A stretch of 64,000 nucleotides of DNA, taken from Gemmatimonadota bacterium (GTDB lineage: Bacteria; Gemmatimonadota; Gemmatimonadetes; Gemmatimonadales; Gemmatimonadaceae). Under the pieces are notes generated by a model, which was not told the origin of the DNA, made no database searches, and was given only the letters and a program-made list of their open reading frames with translations. The first letter of the stretch is position 1, and every line of letters begins with the position of its first letter. Positions 36,140-47,500 of this stretch are shown one piece after another. Location of the stretch: contig JAYVPN010000107.1 in the NCBI GenBank assembly GCA_043757365.1, positions 73-64,072 of the forward strand. Reading direction: 5' to 3'. The translations under genes were made by a program, and so were the position numbers.

Positions 36140-37012
36140 TCAGCGCGCCAACCGCTGCTCGTCGATGCACGAGGGCGTGAACTCGAACGCAATGTCCGGA
36201 TCGGGCTGAACGCGCCGCGTCCGCTTGCCGGCGTAGTGCAGTCTGGAAAGGATATCCCGCATCAGGTTCAGGCGCGCGAGACGCTTGTTGCCCGCCCGCA
36301 CAATTCGCCACGGCGCAACGACCGTATGGGTCTGCAGCAGCATCGCGTCACGCGCCGCTGAGTATGCATCCCACTTCTTCAGCGCGACGGCGTCGATCGG
36401 ACTCGTCTTCCACTGTTTCAGCGGATCCTTCTCGCGATCGACCAAGCGCCGGGTCTGCTCGTCCATGTCGATATCCAGATAGTACTTCAGCAGTTTGATG
36501 CCCGCCTTCACGAGCATTTCCTCAAACTGCGGCACTGACGTCATGAACTCCTCGTATTCCTCTTTCGAGCAGAAGCCCATGACATGTTCGACACCGGCGC
36601 GGTTGTACCAACTGCGGTTGAAGAGGACCAGTTCCTCGGCGACCGGTAGGTACGCGACGTACCGTTGGAAGTACCAGCCGCTGCGTTCACGGTCGGAGGG
36701 TTTACCGAGCGCAACGACCCGCGTCTCGCGCGGGCTCAGGTGTTCGACGATGCGCTTGATGCTGCCATCCTTCCCCGCGGCGTCGCGACCTTCCAGCAGC
36801 ACGAGAATGCGATCGCCACAGCGAATGGAGTGCCGCTGCAGCTTCACGAGCTCGATCTGCAGGACGCGAAGCTGCGACCGGTATTCCTTGCGCGAGATCG
36901 AGGGTGCCGCCGGTCGTTCGCCCTCGCGACGTGCGCGCACCTTCACGCGGGAGCCGCCCTTAGTTCGGGCGGCTCCCGCGTGAGGCTTCGGCGTGCGGAC
37001 CTTGGAGTTCAT
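36140..37012 (-). CDS. ppk2: polyphosphate kinase 2
   Basis: [12 protein letters not shown] Walker A and [17 protein letters not shown] are PPK2 signatures. True start is the ATG at 37012. Confidence 0.85.
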   Translation of the reverse strand: MNSKVRTPKPHAGAARTKGGSRVKVRARREGERPAAPSISRKEYRSQLRVLQIELVKLQRHSIRCGDRILVLLEGRDAAGKDGSIKRIVEHLSPRETRVVALGKPSDRERSGWYFQRYVAYLPVAEELVLFNRSWYNRAGVEHVMGFCSKEEYEEFMTSVPQFEEMLVKAGIKLLKYYLDIDMDEQTRRLVDREKDPLKQWKTSPIDAVALKKWDAYSAARDAMLLQTHTVVAPWRIVRAGNKRLARLNLMRDILSRLHYAGKRTRRVQPDPDIAFEFTPSCIDEQRLAR

Positions 37013-37041
37013 TGCGCGCCTGACTCTCCCTTCGACACCGT

Positions 37042-37371
37042 TCAGCCGGCCATCTTGCGGCAGGCGTCTGCGCACTTGCGGCATGCTTCGGCGCACCGCT
37101 TGCAGTGATCCATGTCGTGCGCGCCACATTCCTTGGCGCACCAGTCGCAGATGTCCGCGCACAGCTTGCAGAGCTGCTTGGCGAACGGGCTGTGGCGGGC
37201 GATCGCGTCGGCGCACAACCGGCAGATCGCGGCGCACTCGATACAACACGCCGGACACGCGTTCTTTGATTCCTTGCCGGTCATATGTGCGAAGCAGTGG
37301 CCGCATTCGGTGGCGCAGTTGTTACAGGCGTCGATGCAGTCCTTTGCGTGCTGGTCCAGATGTTCGGTCAT
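37042..37371 (-). CDS. cytosolic Cys-rich four-helix-bundle copper storage protein (Csp3/DUF326-like)
   Basis: 109 aa with 21 Cys (hand count) in repeating CxxxC/CxxC spacing. No signal peptide. GGAGAT RBS. Confidence 0.8.
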   Translation of the reverse strand: MTEHLDQHAKDCIDACNNCATECGHCFAHMTGKESKNACPACCIECAAICRLCADAIARHSPFAKQLCKLCADICDWCAKECGAHDMDHCKRCAEACRKCADACRKMAG

Positions 37372-37601
37372 GGTATATCTCCTTCTTCGATTGACAGAGG
37401 GCGAACTCGGCGCGCCCCTGACGCCTGCGCTGCGGAGCAGCGCCCATCGCTCGTGCCCCAGACGATCGCGGTCACGTCATCGCGTGTCCTGGCCCGGGAG
37501 CGATTGCCACCGGCGGGTGAGGGCAGGGTCTTCTCATGTCGATCTCCTCATCCTGCCGTGCGATTGTGGTTTTCTCGCAGTACGATCGAGGCACGCCCGA
37601 T

Positions 37602-37739
37602 CTACGACTGGTCGTTCCGTCGCCCTCGTCCCCTGCGCACGGGCTCGAACACGCGGAACACGACCACAAAGAACAGCACCCAGAAGGCCCACCAGATGAG
37701 GTGCATACCAAAGAAGTGATAGCCATCGTAAAAGTGCAT
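37602..37739 (-). CDS. 45-aa single-TM small protein (absent from the ORF track, below its length cutoff)
   Basis: The minus strand reads GGAGAAACAGCGTG-ATG, then MHFYDGYHFFGMHLIWWAFWVLFFVVVFRVFEPVRRGRGRRNDQS*. Lies 53 nt downstream of the HMA gene. Confidence 0.4.
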   Translation of the reverse strand: MHFYDGYHFFGMHLIWWAFWVLFFVVVFRVFEPVRRGRGRRNDQS

Positions 37740-37792
37740 CACGCTGTTTCTCCTGAGGCGGATTGGCGTCGAACGATGTGTCTCTTAAACGA

Positions 37793-38062
37793 TCAGCAGC
37801 AGCCGCGGCGTCCGCGCGCGTCACCACCAGAGCGATCGCCGGCGGCAACGGGTGTGCCCGCGGGAATCATCTCGTACCCGGCATCGTGGACCGCTTGCGC
37901 GATCGCCGCGGGGTTCGTCCGGGTCGCGTCGTAACTTACGGTCGCAGATCCTACTGCTACCGCATCGACGCGTGTGCCAGGGATGGCGCCAAGCGCCGTT
38001 CGCACGTTGGTCACACAGCCGCCGCAGCTCATACCAGAAATTGCCAGCGTCATCTGTTCCAT
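37793..38062 (-). CDS. heavy-metal-associated (CopZ/MerP-like) protein with C-terminal extension ending in Cys-Cys
   Basis: GMSCGGC metal site. 20-aa Gly/Arg tail ending RGCC. Confidence 0.8.
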   Translation of the reverse strand: MEQMTLAISGMSCGGCVTNVRTALGAIPGTRVDAVAVGSATVSYDATRTNPAAIAQAVHDAGYEMIPAGTPVAAGDRSGGDARGRRGCC

Positions 38063-38555
38063 CAGATTTTCTCCGGAAGAATCTCGTCGCCATCACCAGC
38101 GACGCCTTGCAAAACGTTCAGCCAATGCATCTCGTACCGAGTGTCGCAACAACTGCGTGCAACAGAAGCAGCACTCTGTGCCTTGTACACATGGACGGTA
38201 GTGACAGTGAAAGACTGGGGACATCGCACGATCTGATGAGAGAGCACTAACCCATTTGCGCACGCCCCTCCTGCATGCCTGCGGACTCGACCGACGCACG
38301 GAGAACGTCGAACTGTCGTCCCTCGCTCTGCTGGTACATTCCGAGGGACTCCATCGGGATGCAGAACAGATTACCGAGCTACTCGGGATTCCGAAGTCAG
38401 GGAATCCTTCGGTGAACGTCAGAAAATCCCCCACGAGCCGCCAGCGGGCGCATCATTGGCGGAGCTGTGCTCCCGCAGAATCGCAGCCGCCACAGGCGGC
38501 TGCGCACGCCGGTCACGTCCTGCATCGAATGTCGATGTCCGATCCGGCCACGGCC

Positions 38556-38678
38556 GCCGGCGCCTTCTACACGCGCTTCGGCTGGTCGCTGCGTCCCGAG
38601 ATTTCCGCGCTGCTAATGTCGGCATCGTCGATCATCGTGGCACTCAACGCCGTCTCGTTGCGACGGGCAAAGATCTGA
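38556..38678 (+). pseudogene. 3' remnant of a second P1B-ATPase gene (last TM helix only)
   Basis: AGAFYTRFGWSLRPEISALLMSASSIIVALNAVSLRRAKI* aligns with [37 protein letters not shown] of the intact ATPase. No upstream ATPase sequence in any frame. Confidence 0.5.
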
Positions 38679-38694
38679 CCGCCGCGCAACCTCG

Positions 38695-41277
38695 CTACGG
38701 CTTCACCACCCGATACAGCCACGCGTCGCCGTGATCCTCGCTCCAGCCGATCGTCGCGTGCTGCAAGTCATCGGAGTACGAGAACTGACGCACGACATGC
38801 GGGACGCGTCCAACGAGAGCAGCGGCTCCCGGTCCCGTCAGCTTGTACAGCGACATCGTCTCCGGCGCATCCCAGATCGCGCTGACGATGCTGCCGTCGG
38901 CCAGCCAATGCGACGTGCCGTGGTCCGCGAACTTGGTCATCCAGCGCACGGCTGGGCCGCCATCAACCGGTATGACGCTGACGACGACGCTGTCGTTCGT
39001 CGACTTCACCCACCCGTGATATAGCAACATTTTTCCGTCGCGAGACGCGCTCACCTGCGTGAGGTACGCAAACGCGCTCGGCATCGGGATCTCGCGGCGC
39101 TTGCCAGACTGTTCGATGATGATCCGATCCTGCTTCGCGCCAAGCCAAGCGAACCCGTTCGGCACCGCAGTCGCCGAGGTGGTGGATGAATCGGCGGTAT
39201 CGATCGATCGGATCGTCGCACCGGATCGCGCATCGACGAGCGCGATGTGCAGCCTTCCCGCGTTGCGAGCGACGATCGTCAGCGACGTGGAATCGGCCCA
39301 TTCGACCGATCGAATCGAGCCGGTCGTTGCGATCGGTATTTCGGCCCCGCCTGTCCTCGGCATCACCGTCAAACGCGTCTCGTTGACGCCGCCAGAAGTC
39401 GGAATGCTCCGGCGCATCAAGAGGCGGACGCCGTCAGGAGAGATGATCGCGCCAGTGGGGCTCGTGCCCTGCGCCAGCGGTGCGGACGTCGGCACCTTTA
39501 CGGAGAGCAGCTCTTTCAGGGGTGTCGCGTAGAGCGTGAAGGTCGACGAACCATCATCCACCGCCATTTGCAATCCATCGGCGGTTACGGTGTGCTGCGT
39601 GAATCGGCCGCTGTAAATCGTATCCTGATGGGTGGACAGTTTTCCCGTCGCCGGATCTATCGCGACGCGAACGATTGCTTCGGCGACGGTTGGGCCGGCG
39701 CGCGACATCCAGATCGCATCGGCCGACGTCGTCCCGCCGCAGGTACACGAATTCACAAGTCGGTCGGTGACCTTTCCCGTCTTGCGATCGATCACCTGCC
39801 ACAATCCGTGCGGCGGTTGAACGATCATCGCCACCATCCGCGAACTGTTTGGCACCGACGAGAGCGCGGCGAGGAATCCTGTCCCAGGCACGAAGACGCT
39901 GTCGCGGGGAACACCATCGAGTCCGGCACTGCGCACGAAGTACCCGGAGTCGTTCGACGCGGCCGTCGGGCCGATGAGCACCGAGTCGCCGCCCGCCGCG
40001 AAGGTTGCCGCGCCCGCCGTGAGCATCTTGGGAACGCCGCCCAGCGCGGAAATCAGATAGCTCCCCGACTTTCCCTCAACAGTGCCGGACATGATCAGGT
40101 AGCGTCGATCACCGCTCCACTCGAGGCCGTAGCCAGCGCTCGCGCCTTCCATGACACGGCGTGTGGTCGTCGTGCCGACATCCTGCACGACGACAGCGTA
40201 GGTGCAGGCGGCGTTCTTGCATTCCTTCACGAAATAGCCGACCTGTTTCCCGTCGCTGCTGATCGCCGGCACCGAAATGTTTCCGGAGAATGTGAGCTGG
40301 CGACGGTCGCGCAGTGCGGCCGAGGTGTCGAGCTTCTTGAATTTTCCGGTCGCGCCAGCGTACGCCAGTCCGACGACGACAAGTGCGCCCGCCGCCATCA
40401 GCGCGTAACGCCTTCCCTTCGACGTCGCTGGCACCGCCTTCGGCTCAGCCGCCTCGAGCGCCTTCGCAAAGTCGCCGGCCGTCGCAAAGCGATCCGACGG
40501 CACCTTCGACAGCGCCTTCGCGATCGCGTTATCGACACCCTGCGGCACGCTCGGCCGCACGACGCGCACGCGCGTCGGCGTTTCCGTCAGCAGCTTGGCA
40601 ATCACGGCTTGCACGGTCGCGCCGCTCATCGGCGGATCGCCGACGAGCATTTCGTAGAGTACCGCAGCGAGTGAATACACGTCGCTACGCGCGTCAAGGC
40701 GGCGATCACCGGTCGCCTGCTCGGGACTCATGTATTGCGGCGTGCCGAGTGACAGCCCGGTTTGCGTGAGGCGATCACCGCCGGCTTCCTTGACGGCGAG
40801 GGCGATGCCGAAGTCGGCGAGCATCGCTTCGCCTTCCTGCAGCAGAATGTTTTCCGGCTTGATATCGCGGTGGACAACGCCGTTCTTGTGCGCGTAATCG
40901 AGCGCGCTCGCCACTTGCTTGGTAATGGCAATCGCTTCGTCGATGCCGATCTGCGTCTCACGGCGCATGAGATCGCGCAGCGACTCGCCGCGCACGTACG
41001 GCAATACATAGAAGAGATGACCGCCGGCCTCGCCGGAATCGATCAGCGTGAGAATATGCGGATGGTCGAGCCGGGCCGTGATCTTGATTTCGGCGAGAAA
41101 TCGCTCGGCGCCCAGCACCGCGCCGAGTTCCGGCGAGAGGACTTTCAGTGCGACGAGGCGATCGAGCTTGAGATCCTGGGCGAGATAGACCGTTGCCATT
41201 CCCCCGTGGCCCAGTTCGCGCTCGATGCGATAGCGGTCAGTGAGGATCGCATCGAGGTAGGCGGGAATTTCTGTCAT
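38695..41277 (-). CDS. Ser/Thr protein kinase with TM helix and C-terminal TolB-like beta-propeller region
   Basis: Hanks motifs GHGGMATVYLA, HRDIKPENILL, DFGIA and YMSPEQ. True start is MTEIPAYL at 41277. Followed by about 480 aa of beta-rich repeats. Confidence 0.85.
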   Translation of the reverse strand: MTEIPAYLDAILTDRYRIERELGHGGMATVYLAQDLKLDRLVALKVLSPELGAVLGAERFLAEIKITARLDHPHILTLIDSGEAGGHLFYVLPYVRGESLRDLMRRETQIGIDEAIAITKQVASALDYAHKNGVVHRDIKPENILLQEGEAMLADFGIALAVKEAGGDRLTQTGLSLGTPQYMSPEQATGDRRLDARSDVYSLAAVLYEMLVGDPPMSGATVQAVIAKLLTETPTRVRVVRPSVPQGVDNAIAKALSKVPSDRFATAGDFAKALEAAEPKAVPATSKGRRYALMAAGALVVVGLAYAGATGKFKKLDTSAALRDRRQLTFSGNISVPAISSDGKQVGYFVKECKNAACTYAVVVQDVGTTTTRRVMEGASAGYGLEWSGDRRYLIMSGTVEGKSGSYLISALGGVPKMLTAGAATFAAGGDSVLIGPTAASNDSGYFVRSAGLDGVPRDSVFVPGTGFLAALSSVPNSSRMVAMIVQPPHGLWQVIDRKTGKVTDRLVNSCTCGGTTSADAIWMSRAGPTVAEAIVRVAIDPATGKLSTHQDTIYSGRFTQHTVTADGLQMAVDDGSSTFTLYATPLKELLSVKVPTSAPLAQGTSPTGAIISPDGVRLLMRRSIPTSGGVNETRLTVMPRTGGAEIPIATTGSIRSVEWADSTSLTIVARNAGRLHIALVDARSGATIRSIDTADSSTTSATAVPNGFAWLGAKQDRIIIEQSGKRREIPMPSAFAYLTQVSASRDGKMLLYHGWVKSTNDSVVVSVIPVDGGPAVRWMTKFADHGTSHWLADGSIVSAIWDAPETMSLYKLTGPGAAALVGRVPHVVRQFSYSDDLQHATIGWSEDHGDAWLYRVVKP

Positions 41278-41400
41278 CGTGCACGGTCTCCCTTCGGGGG
41301 CGTCGTATGGCGACGGTTGGAGTCGCAAAGATACGCCATCGGACGACCTTGCGGATAGCACCGTCGGCGCTGGCGCGGGCAACGCGCCCCGAATAGCTTT

Positions 41401-43282
<1,882 letters not shown>

Positions 43283-43293
43283 TCAAGCCGCGA

Positions 43294-44148
43294 ATGCAGC
43301 CGGGTCGCGTGCCCAACGTCCTCTCCGTAGCCGGATCGGACCCGAGCGGGGGTGCGGGACTGCAAGCGGACCTCAAAACGTTCGCGGCGCTCGAAGTCTT
43401 TGGATGCGCCGCGGTCTCATTACTCACAGCACAAAACACGCACGGCGTACGCGCCACGCTACCGACACCGGCTGATTTCGTCACTGAACAACTGCGTTCA
43501 GTCTTCGACGACGTACCGATCGACGCGGTGAAAATCGGCGCCCTCGGCAACGCCGATGTTGTCGGCGCGGTCGCCGATGCGCTGACCGAGTTCGGTGCAA
43601 GGAATGTCGTGGTCGATCCGGTGGTGTGCTCGACGAGCGGTCGCGCGCTACTCGACGCCGACGGAATCACCGCCCTCTGCGATCGGCTGCTGCCGCTCGC
43701 AGCGGTCATCACGCCGAACGCGGCGGAAGCCGGCGCGCTCCTCCGGGCCGCCGCGCCGGCAACACGCGACGCGGCGCGCGACGCGGCGCGCGCACTCTAC
43801 GCGCTCGGACCTGCCCACGTGCTCATCACCGGCGGTCATATCGATGACGGTGACGACTGCGTCGATCTCCTCTTCGATGGCCGAGACTTTATCGAACTGC
43901 GTGTGCCGCGCAGCGCGGTGACGCTCCTGCACGGAGCGGGCTGCACACTTTCGTCTGCGATCGCGGCATTTCTCGCGCACGGGCTTTCAACGGCTGAGGC
44001 GTGTCGCGAGGCGCAGCGCTATGTCGTGATCGCCATCGAACGAAGTGCGGCGCTCTCTGCCGGCGGCGGAGCGCGCCCACTGCATCAACTCGGCGAACTC
44101 TGGGAACAGCGAGCATCATCGACCGCTACGAGCCGGGAGCTCGCATGA
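43294..44148 (+). CDS. thiD: hydroxymethylpyrimidine/phosphomethylpyrimidine kinase
   Basis: [25 protein letters not shown] signature. A GTG at 43279 overlapping the thiC stop is an alternative start. Confidence 0.85.
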   Translation: MQPGRVPNVLSVAGSDPSGGAGLQADLKTFAALEVFGCAAVSLLTAQNTHGVRATLPTPADFVTEQLRSVFDDVPIDAVKIGALGNADVVGAVADALTEFGARNVVVDPVVCSTSGRALLDADGITALCDRLLPLAAVITPNAAEAGALLRAAAPATRDAARDAARALYALGPAHVLITGGHIDDGDDCVDLLFDGRDFIELRVPRSAVTLLHGAGCTLSSAIAAFLAHGLSTAEACREAQRYVVIAIERSAALSAGGGARPLHQLGELWEQRASSTATSRELA

Positions 44149-44777
44149 CCCTCGGTTGCGTGTATCTCGTCGCGACGCCGCGCCCGTCGCAAGCCGAGGA
44201 CGAGTTTCTCGCCCGTGTCGGTGCCGCGCTCGCTGGTGGCGTGGATGTCTTGCAGCTTCGTGTCAAGCAACTCGAGGCGCTGCCGTTGTTGAAGCTCGCG
44301 TCGAAGATCCACACAATGGCGCACGATTCCGGCGTGCCATTCATCGTGAACGACCGCCCCGATGTGGCGCTGGCCGTCGGCGCCGACGGCGTGCACTTGG
44401 GTCAGCGGGATCTCCCAATCGAGTGGGCGCGCAAAATCGTCCCTGGCGCGATCATTGGGCGCTCGAGCCACGAGTCGGCGCACGCTGACGCGGCCCTGGC
44501 CGAGGGCGCGGACTATCTCGCCGTCGGACCAGTGTGGGCGACGCCGACGAAGCCGGGGCGCACGCCGACGGGACTCACGTATGTCCGTGACGTCGCGGCG
44601 CGCCGGATCGATCGTCCGTGGTATGCGATCGGCGGAATCACGCTCGACAATGTGTCCGAGGTGATCGCGGCCGGGGCGAGTCGCATCGCCGTCGTGCGCG
44701 CGATCCTCGACGCGCCGGATCCGGCGGAAGCGGCGCACGGATTCGTCGTCGCCCTCGGAGCGGCACGATGGAAGTAA
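44145..44777 (+). CDS. thiE: thiamine-phosphate synthase
   Basis: ATGA overlap with thiD. Motifs LQLRVK...[26 protein letters not shown]. Confidence 0.85.
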   Translation: MTLGCVYLVATPRPSQAEDEFLARVGAALAGGVDVLQLRVKQLEALPLLKLASKIHTMAHDSGVPFIVNDRPDVALAVGADGVHLGQRDLPIEWARKIVPGAIIGRSSHESAHADAALAEGADYLAVGPVWATPTKPGRTPTGLTYVRDVAARRIDRPWYAIGGITLDNVSEVIAAGASRIAVVRAILDAPDPAEAAHGFVVALGAARWK

Positions 44778-44962
44778 ACGGCCGCTCGTATCCACACCGC
44801 GAGGGGCTCACGCTGCACGCCCTGCTCGAGGAACTGAAGATCAACGCCAAGACCGTCGCCGTCATGCACGGCCACGATTTTCACCGCTCGGGACACATCC
44901 CCGATGCGCCGATTACCGAAACCGATGTGCTGGAAATCGTCACTATGATGCAGGGAGGGTAA
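44768..44962 (+). CDS. thiS: sulfur carrier protein ThiS
   Basis: 64 aa ending ...MMQGG. Overlaps the thiE end and lies 1 nt before thiG. Confidence 0.8.
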   Translation: MEVNGRSYPHREGLTLHALLEELKINAKTVAVMHGHDFHRSGHIPDAPITETDVLEIVTMMQGG

Positions 44963-44963
44963 C

Positions 44964-45785
44964 GTGCCGCAGACGTCATTCGCCGACGAGTCTGATCCGC
45001 TGATCATTGGCGGAAAAACTTTCACCTCGCGCCTGATGCTGGGCACGGGGAAGTACACGGATTTCGGCGTCATGCGCGACGCGCTCGAAGCGAGCGGGAC
45101 GCAAATCGTCACCGTCAGCATTCGCCGCGTTGAACTCGGCGCACCGGGGCACGTCGGCATTCTCGACGCGATCGATCTCAGCAGCTATCAGCTGCTGCCC
45201 AACACCGCCGGCTGCAAGACGGCCGAGGAAGCGCTGCGCGTCGCGCGCCTCGCCCGCGCCATGAGCGGCACCGATTGGGTAAAACTCGAAGTGATTCCCG
45301 ATGCGAAGTATCTCCTCCCCGACGGCGGTGAGACATTGCGTGCTGCGGAGATTCTCGTCGGCGAAGGCTTCGTGGTACTGCCGTACATCCAGGCCGATCC
45401 GGTCTTGGCGCGCCGGCTCGCGGAGGTTGGCTGCGCGACGGTGATGCCGCTGGCGTCCCCAATCGGCTCCGGACGCGGCGTTCGGACGACATCGAACCTC
45501 GAGATTATCATCGCCGAGGGCACGGTGCCGGTGGTCATCGACGCCGGACTCGGCGTGCCGAGCGAAGCAGCCCAAGTACTTGAGATGGGAGCGCACGCCG
45601 TGCTCGTCAATACGGCGATTGCTGAGGCGAAGGATCCCGTGCGAATGGCGTCGGCGTTCCGGCAGGGCGTCGACGCTGGGCGCGCTGGGTTTCTTGCCGG
45701 CCGCATGCCGGTGCGCGCGCAGGCGAGTCCGAGCAGTCCCACTGCTGGCGTGGTCACATTGGCGCAACCCGAAGTGCCGGTGTGA
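44964..45785 (+). CDS. thiG: thiazole synthase
   Basis: [10 protein letters not shown]...KLEVIPD...[13 protein letters not shown]...DAGLGVPS signature. GTG start. Confidence 0.9.
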   Translation: MPQTSFADESDPLIIGGKTFTSRLMLGTGKYTDFGVMRDALEASGTQIVTVSIRRVELGAPGHVGILDAIDLSSYQLLPNTAGCKTAEEALRVARLARAMSGTDWVKLEVIPDAKYLLPDGGETLRAAEILVGEGFVVLPYIQADPVLARRLAEVGCATVMPLASPIGSGRGVRTTSNLEIIIAEGTVPVVIDAGLGVPSEAAQVLEMGAHAVLVNTAIAEAKDPVRMASAFRQGVDAGRAGFLAGRMPVRAQASPSSPTAGVVTLAQPEVPV

Positions 45786-45800
45786 GGTAGGTTTACGGCA

Positions 45801-46742
45801 ATGACCGACTCAACTCAGGCAATCTTCGGTGCAGCCACTCGAGAACCGGCGACCCCGGGTTCGTACGGAATCGCCCCACGCGGCTTCCGACTTCCCGACG
45901 CGACGCGGCTCGCCGAAGTGCGCCTGCGCGTCGCCAATCTCGGGCGCTCTATCGCCTACTATGAATCAGTCCTCGGCATGCGCCTGCTCACGCGCGGCGA
46001 TCGCAGTGCGACGCTCGGCGCTCACGGCGACGATCGCGCGCTGCTCGAACTCAATGAATTGAAGGGCGCTCGGCCAGTCCCGAAGCACGGTCGCACGGGA
46101 CTTTTTCACTTCGCGATTCTCCTCCCCGATCGACCGTCACTTGGCCGCTTCGTCCGTCACCTCGGCGACATCGGCGCGGAAGCTAGCGCCGGCGATCACC
46201 TCGTAAGCGAGGCGCTGTATCTGCACGACCCCGACGGACTCGGCATCGAAGTGTATGCCGATCGTCCCCGTGACACGTGGCGTCGCGTCGATCGCGAACT
46301 CATGATGGCCACCGATCCAGTCGACTTTGCAGGACTCATCGCCGCGGCTGGTGATACGCCGTGGACGGGAATGCCAGCTGGCACCGTGATGGGTCACGTG
46401 CATCTGCACGTCGGCAGCATCGAGAAAGCTGCGGCGTTCTTCTCTGAGGCCCTCGGCTTCGATCGGATGGTCTGGAACTATCCCGGCGCCCTATTCTTCG
46501 GCGCCGGCGGCTATCACCATCATCTCGGTACGAATATCTGGGCCGGCGCGAACGCCGAGCCGATGCGTGCCGACGAGGCCGGCTTGATCGAGTGGACGAT
46601 CGAACTGCCCGACGCGCGCGACATCGACTCCGCGGCGGCGAGTCTGATTGCCGGCGAGTTTGCAACCGCGCGTGAGGGAACTGATCTCATCACTGCCGAT
46701 CCGTTCGGAACGGCAATTCGACTGCGCGTCTCAGGGAAATAG
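45801..46742 (+). CDS. VOC-family (glyoxalase/extradiol dioxygenase-like) two-domain protein
   Basis: Two repeats of the VOC module ([21 protein letters not shown] and [23 protein letters not shown]). Confidence 0.75.
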   Translation: MTDSTQAIFGAATREPATPGSYGIAPRGFRLPDATRLAEVRLRVANLGRSIAYYESVLGMRLLTRGDRSATLGAHGDDRALLELNELKGARPVPKHGRTGLFHFAILLPDRPSLGRFVRHLGDIGAEASAGDHLVSEALYLHDPDGLGIEVYADRPRDTWRRVDRELMMATDPVDFAGLIAAAGDTPWTGMPAGTVMGHVHLHVGSIEKAAAFFSEALGFDRMVWNYPGALFFGAGGYHHHLGTNIWAGANAEPMRADEAGLIEWTIELPDARDIDSAAASLIAGEFATAREGTDLITADPFGTAIRLRVSGK

Positions 46743-46744
46743 AA

Positions 46745-47434
46745 ATGAAAGAACTTTCACTAGTGCATCTCGTTCGCCCCGCCGTCGAGGGGGCGAACGC
46801 GCTCGGTGCGAATGCGCCGCTGCTAATTCTCTTGCACGGCGTCGGCAGCAACGAGCGCGATATGTTCTCGCTGGCACGCTCCTTCGATCCGCGATTCGTC
46901 GTCGTGGCGGCGCGGTCGCCAATCACGCTTGGACCCGATTCGTACGGCTGGTTCCGCGTGCAGTTTACCGATCGCGGTCCCGTGATCGACGGCGAGCAGG
47001 CGAAGGCTGGTTGGGAGTTGCTGCAGCGTTTCATCGACGAAGCCGTCGCCGCATACGACGCCGATCCGGCGCGTGTATACGTCGGCGGCTTCAGTCAGGG
47101 CGGGATCATGTCGATCAACGCCATGCTGACCGTTCCGGAGAAGATCGCCGCCGCCGTCGATATGAGCGGTCGTCTGCTGCCGGAAGTACTGCCATTCGTC
47201 GCCGACGCGGCGCGGCTTCGTGGCAAGCCGTTGCTGATCGTTCACGGCACGGCCGATCAGGTGCTCGGCATCGAGTACGGGCGAACGGCGCGCGCGGAGC
47301 TCGAAGCGTTTGGGCTCGCGGTGAGCTATCAGGAGTTTCCGATCGCGCACACGATCACGCGCGAGTCACTCGACGTGGTGACTGCGTGGCTCACGGCGCG
47401 GCTCGATGAGACGGCGCCGCCGGTGCGCGGCTAA
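46745..47434 (+). CDS. alpha/beta hydrolase, phospholipase/carboxylesterase family
   Basis: LLILLHGVGSNE, the nucleophile elbow GFSQGG, and LLIVHGTADQV. Confidence 0.75.
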   Translation: MKELSLVHLVRPAVEGANALGANAPLLILLHGVGSNERDMFSLARSFDPRFVVVAARSPITLGPDSYGWFRVQFTDRGPVIDGEQAKAGWELLQRFIDEAVAAYDADPARVYVGGFSQGGIMSINAMLTVPEKIAAAVDMSGRLLPEVLPFVADAARLRGKPLLIVHGTADQVLGIEYGRTARAELEAFGLAVSYQEFPIAHTITRESLDVVTAWLTARLDETAPPVRG

Positions 47435-47463
47435 GCCGCACGCGGCACGCGGCACAATGCACA

Positions 47464-47492
47464 GCGGGGCGCCTCGGATCGAGGCGCCCCGC
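47464..47492. terminator. bidirectional stem-loop between convergent genes
   Basis: GCGGGGCGCCTCG-GAT-CGAGGCGCCCCGC forms a perfect 13-bp stem. Confidence 0.6.
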
Positions 47493-47500
47493 TTCGTGCG

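Noticed and set aside
37013-37306. N-terminal extension of the PPK2 ORF
   Set aside because: It overlaps the Csp3-like gene in a different frame. The PPK2 homology begins after the ATG at 37012.
38256-38420. Possible ECF-sigma region 4 or LuxR-type HTH fragment (ALLVHSEGLHRDAEQITELLGIPKSG)
   Set aside because: The resemblance is short and breaks down right after the putative HTH. It is mentioned only inside the decayed-region finding and is not called as a feature.
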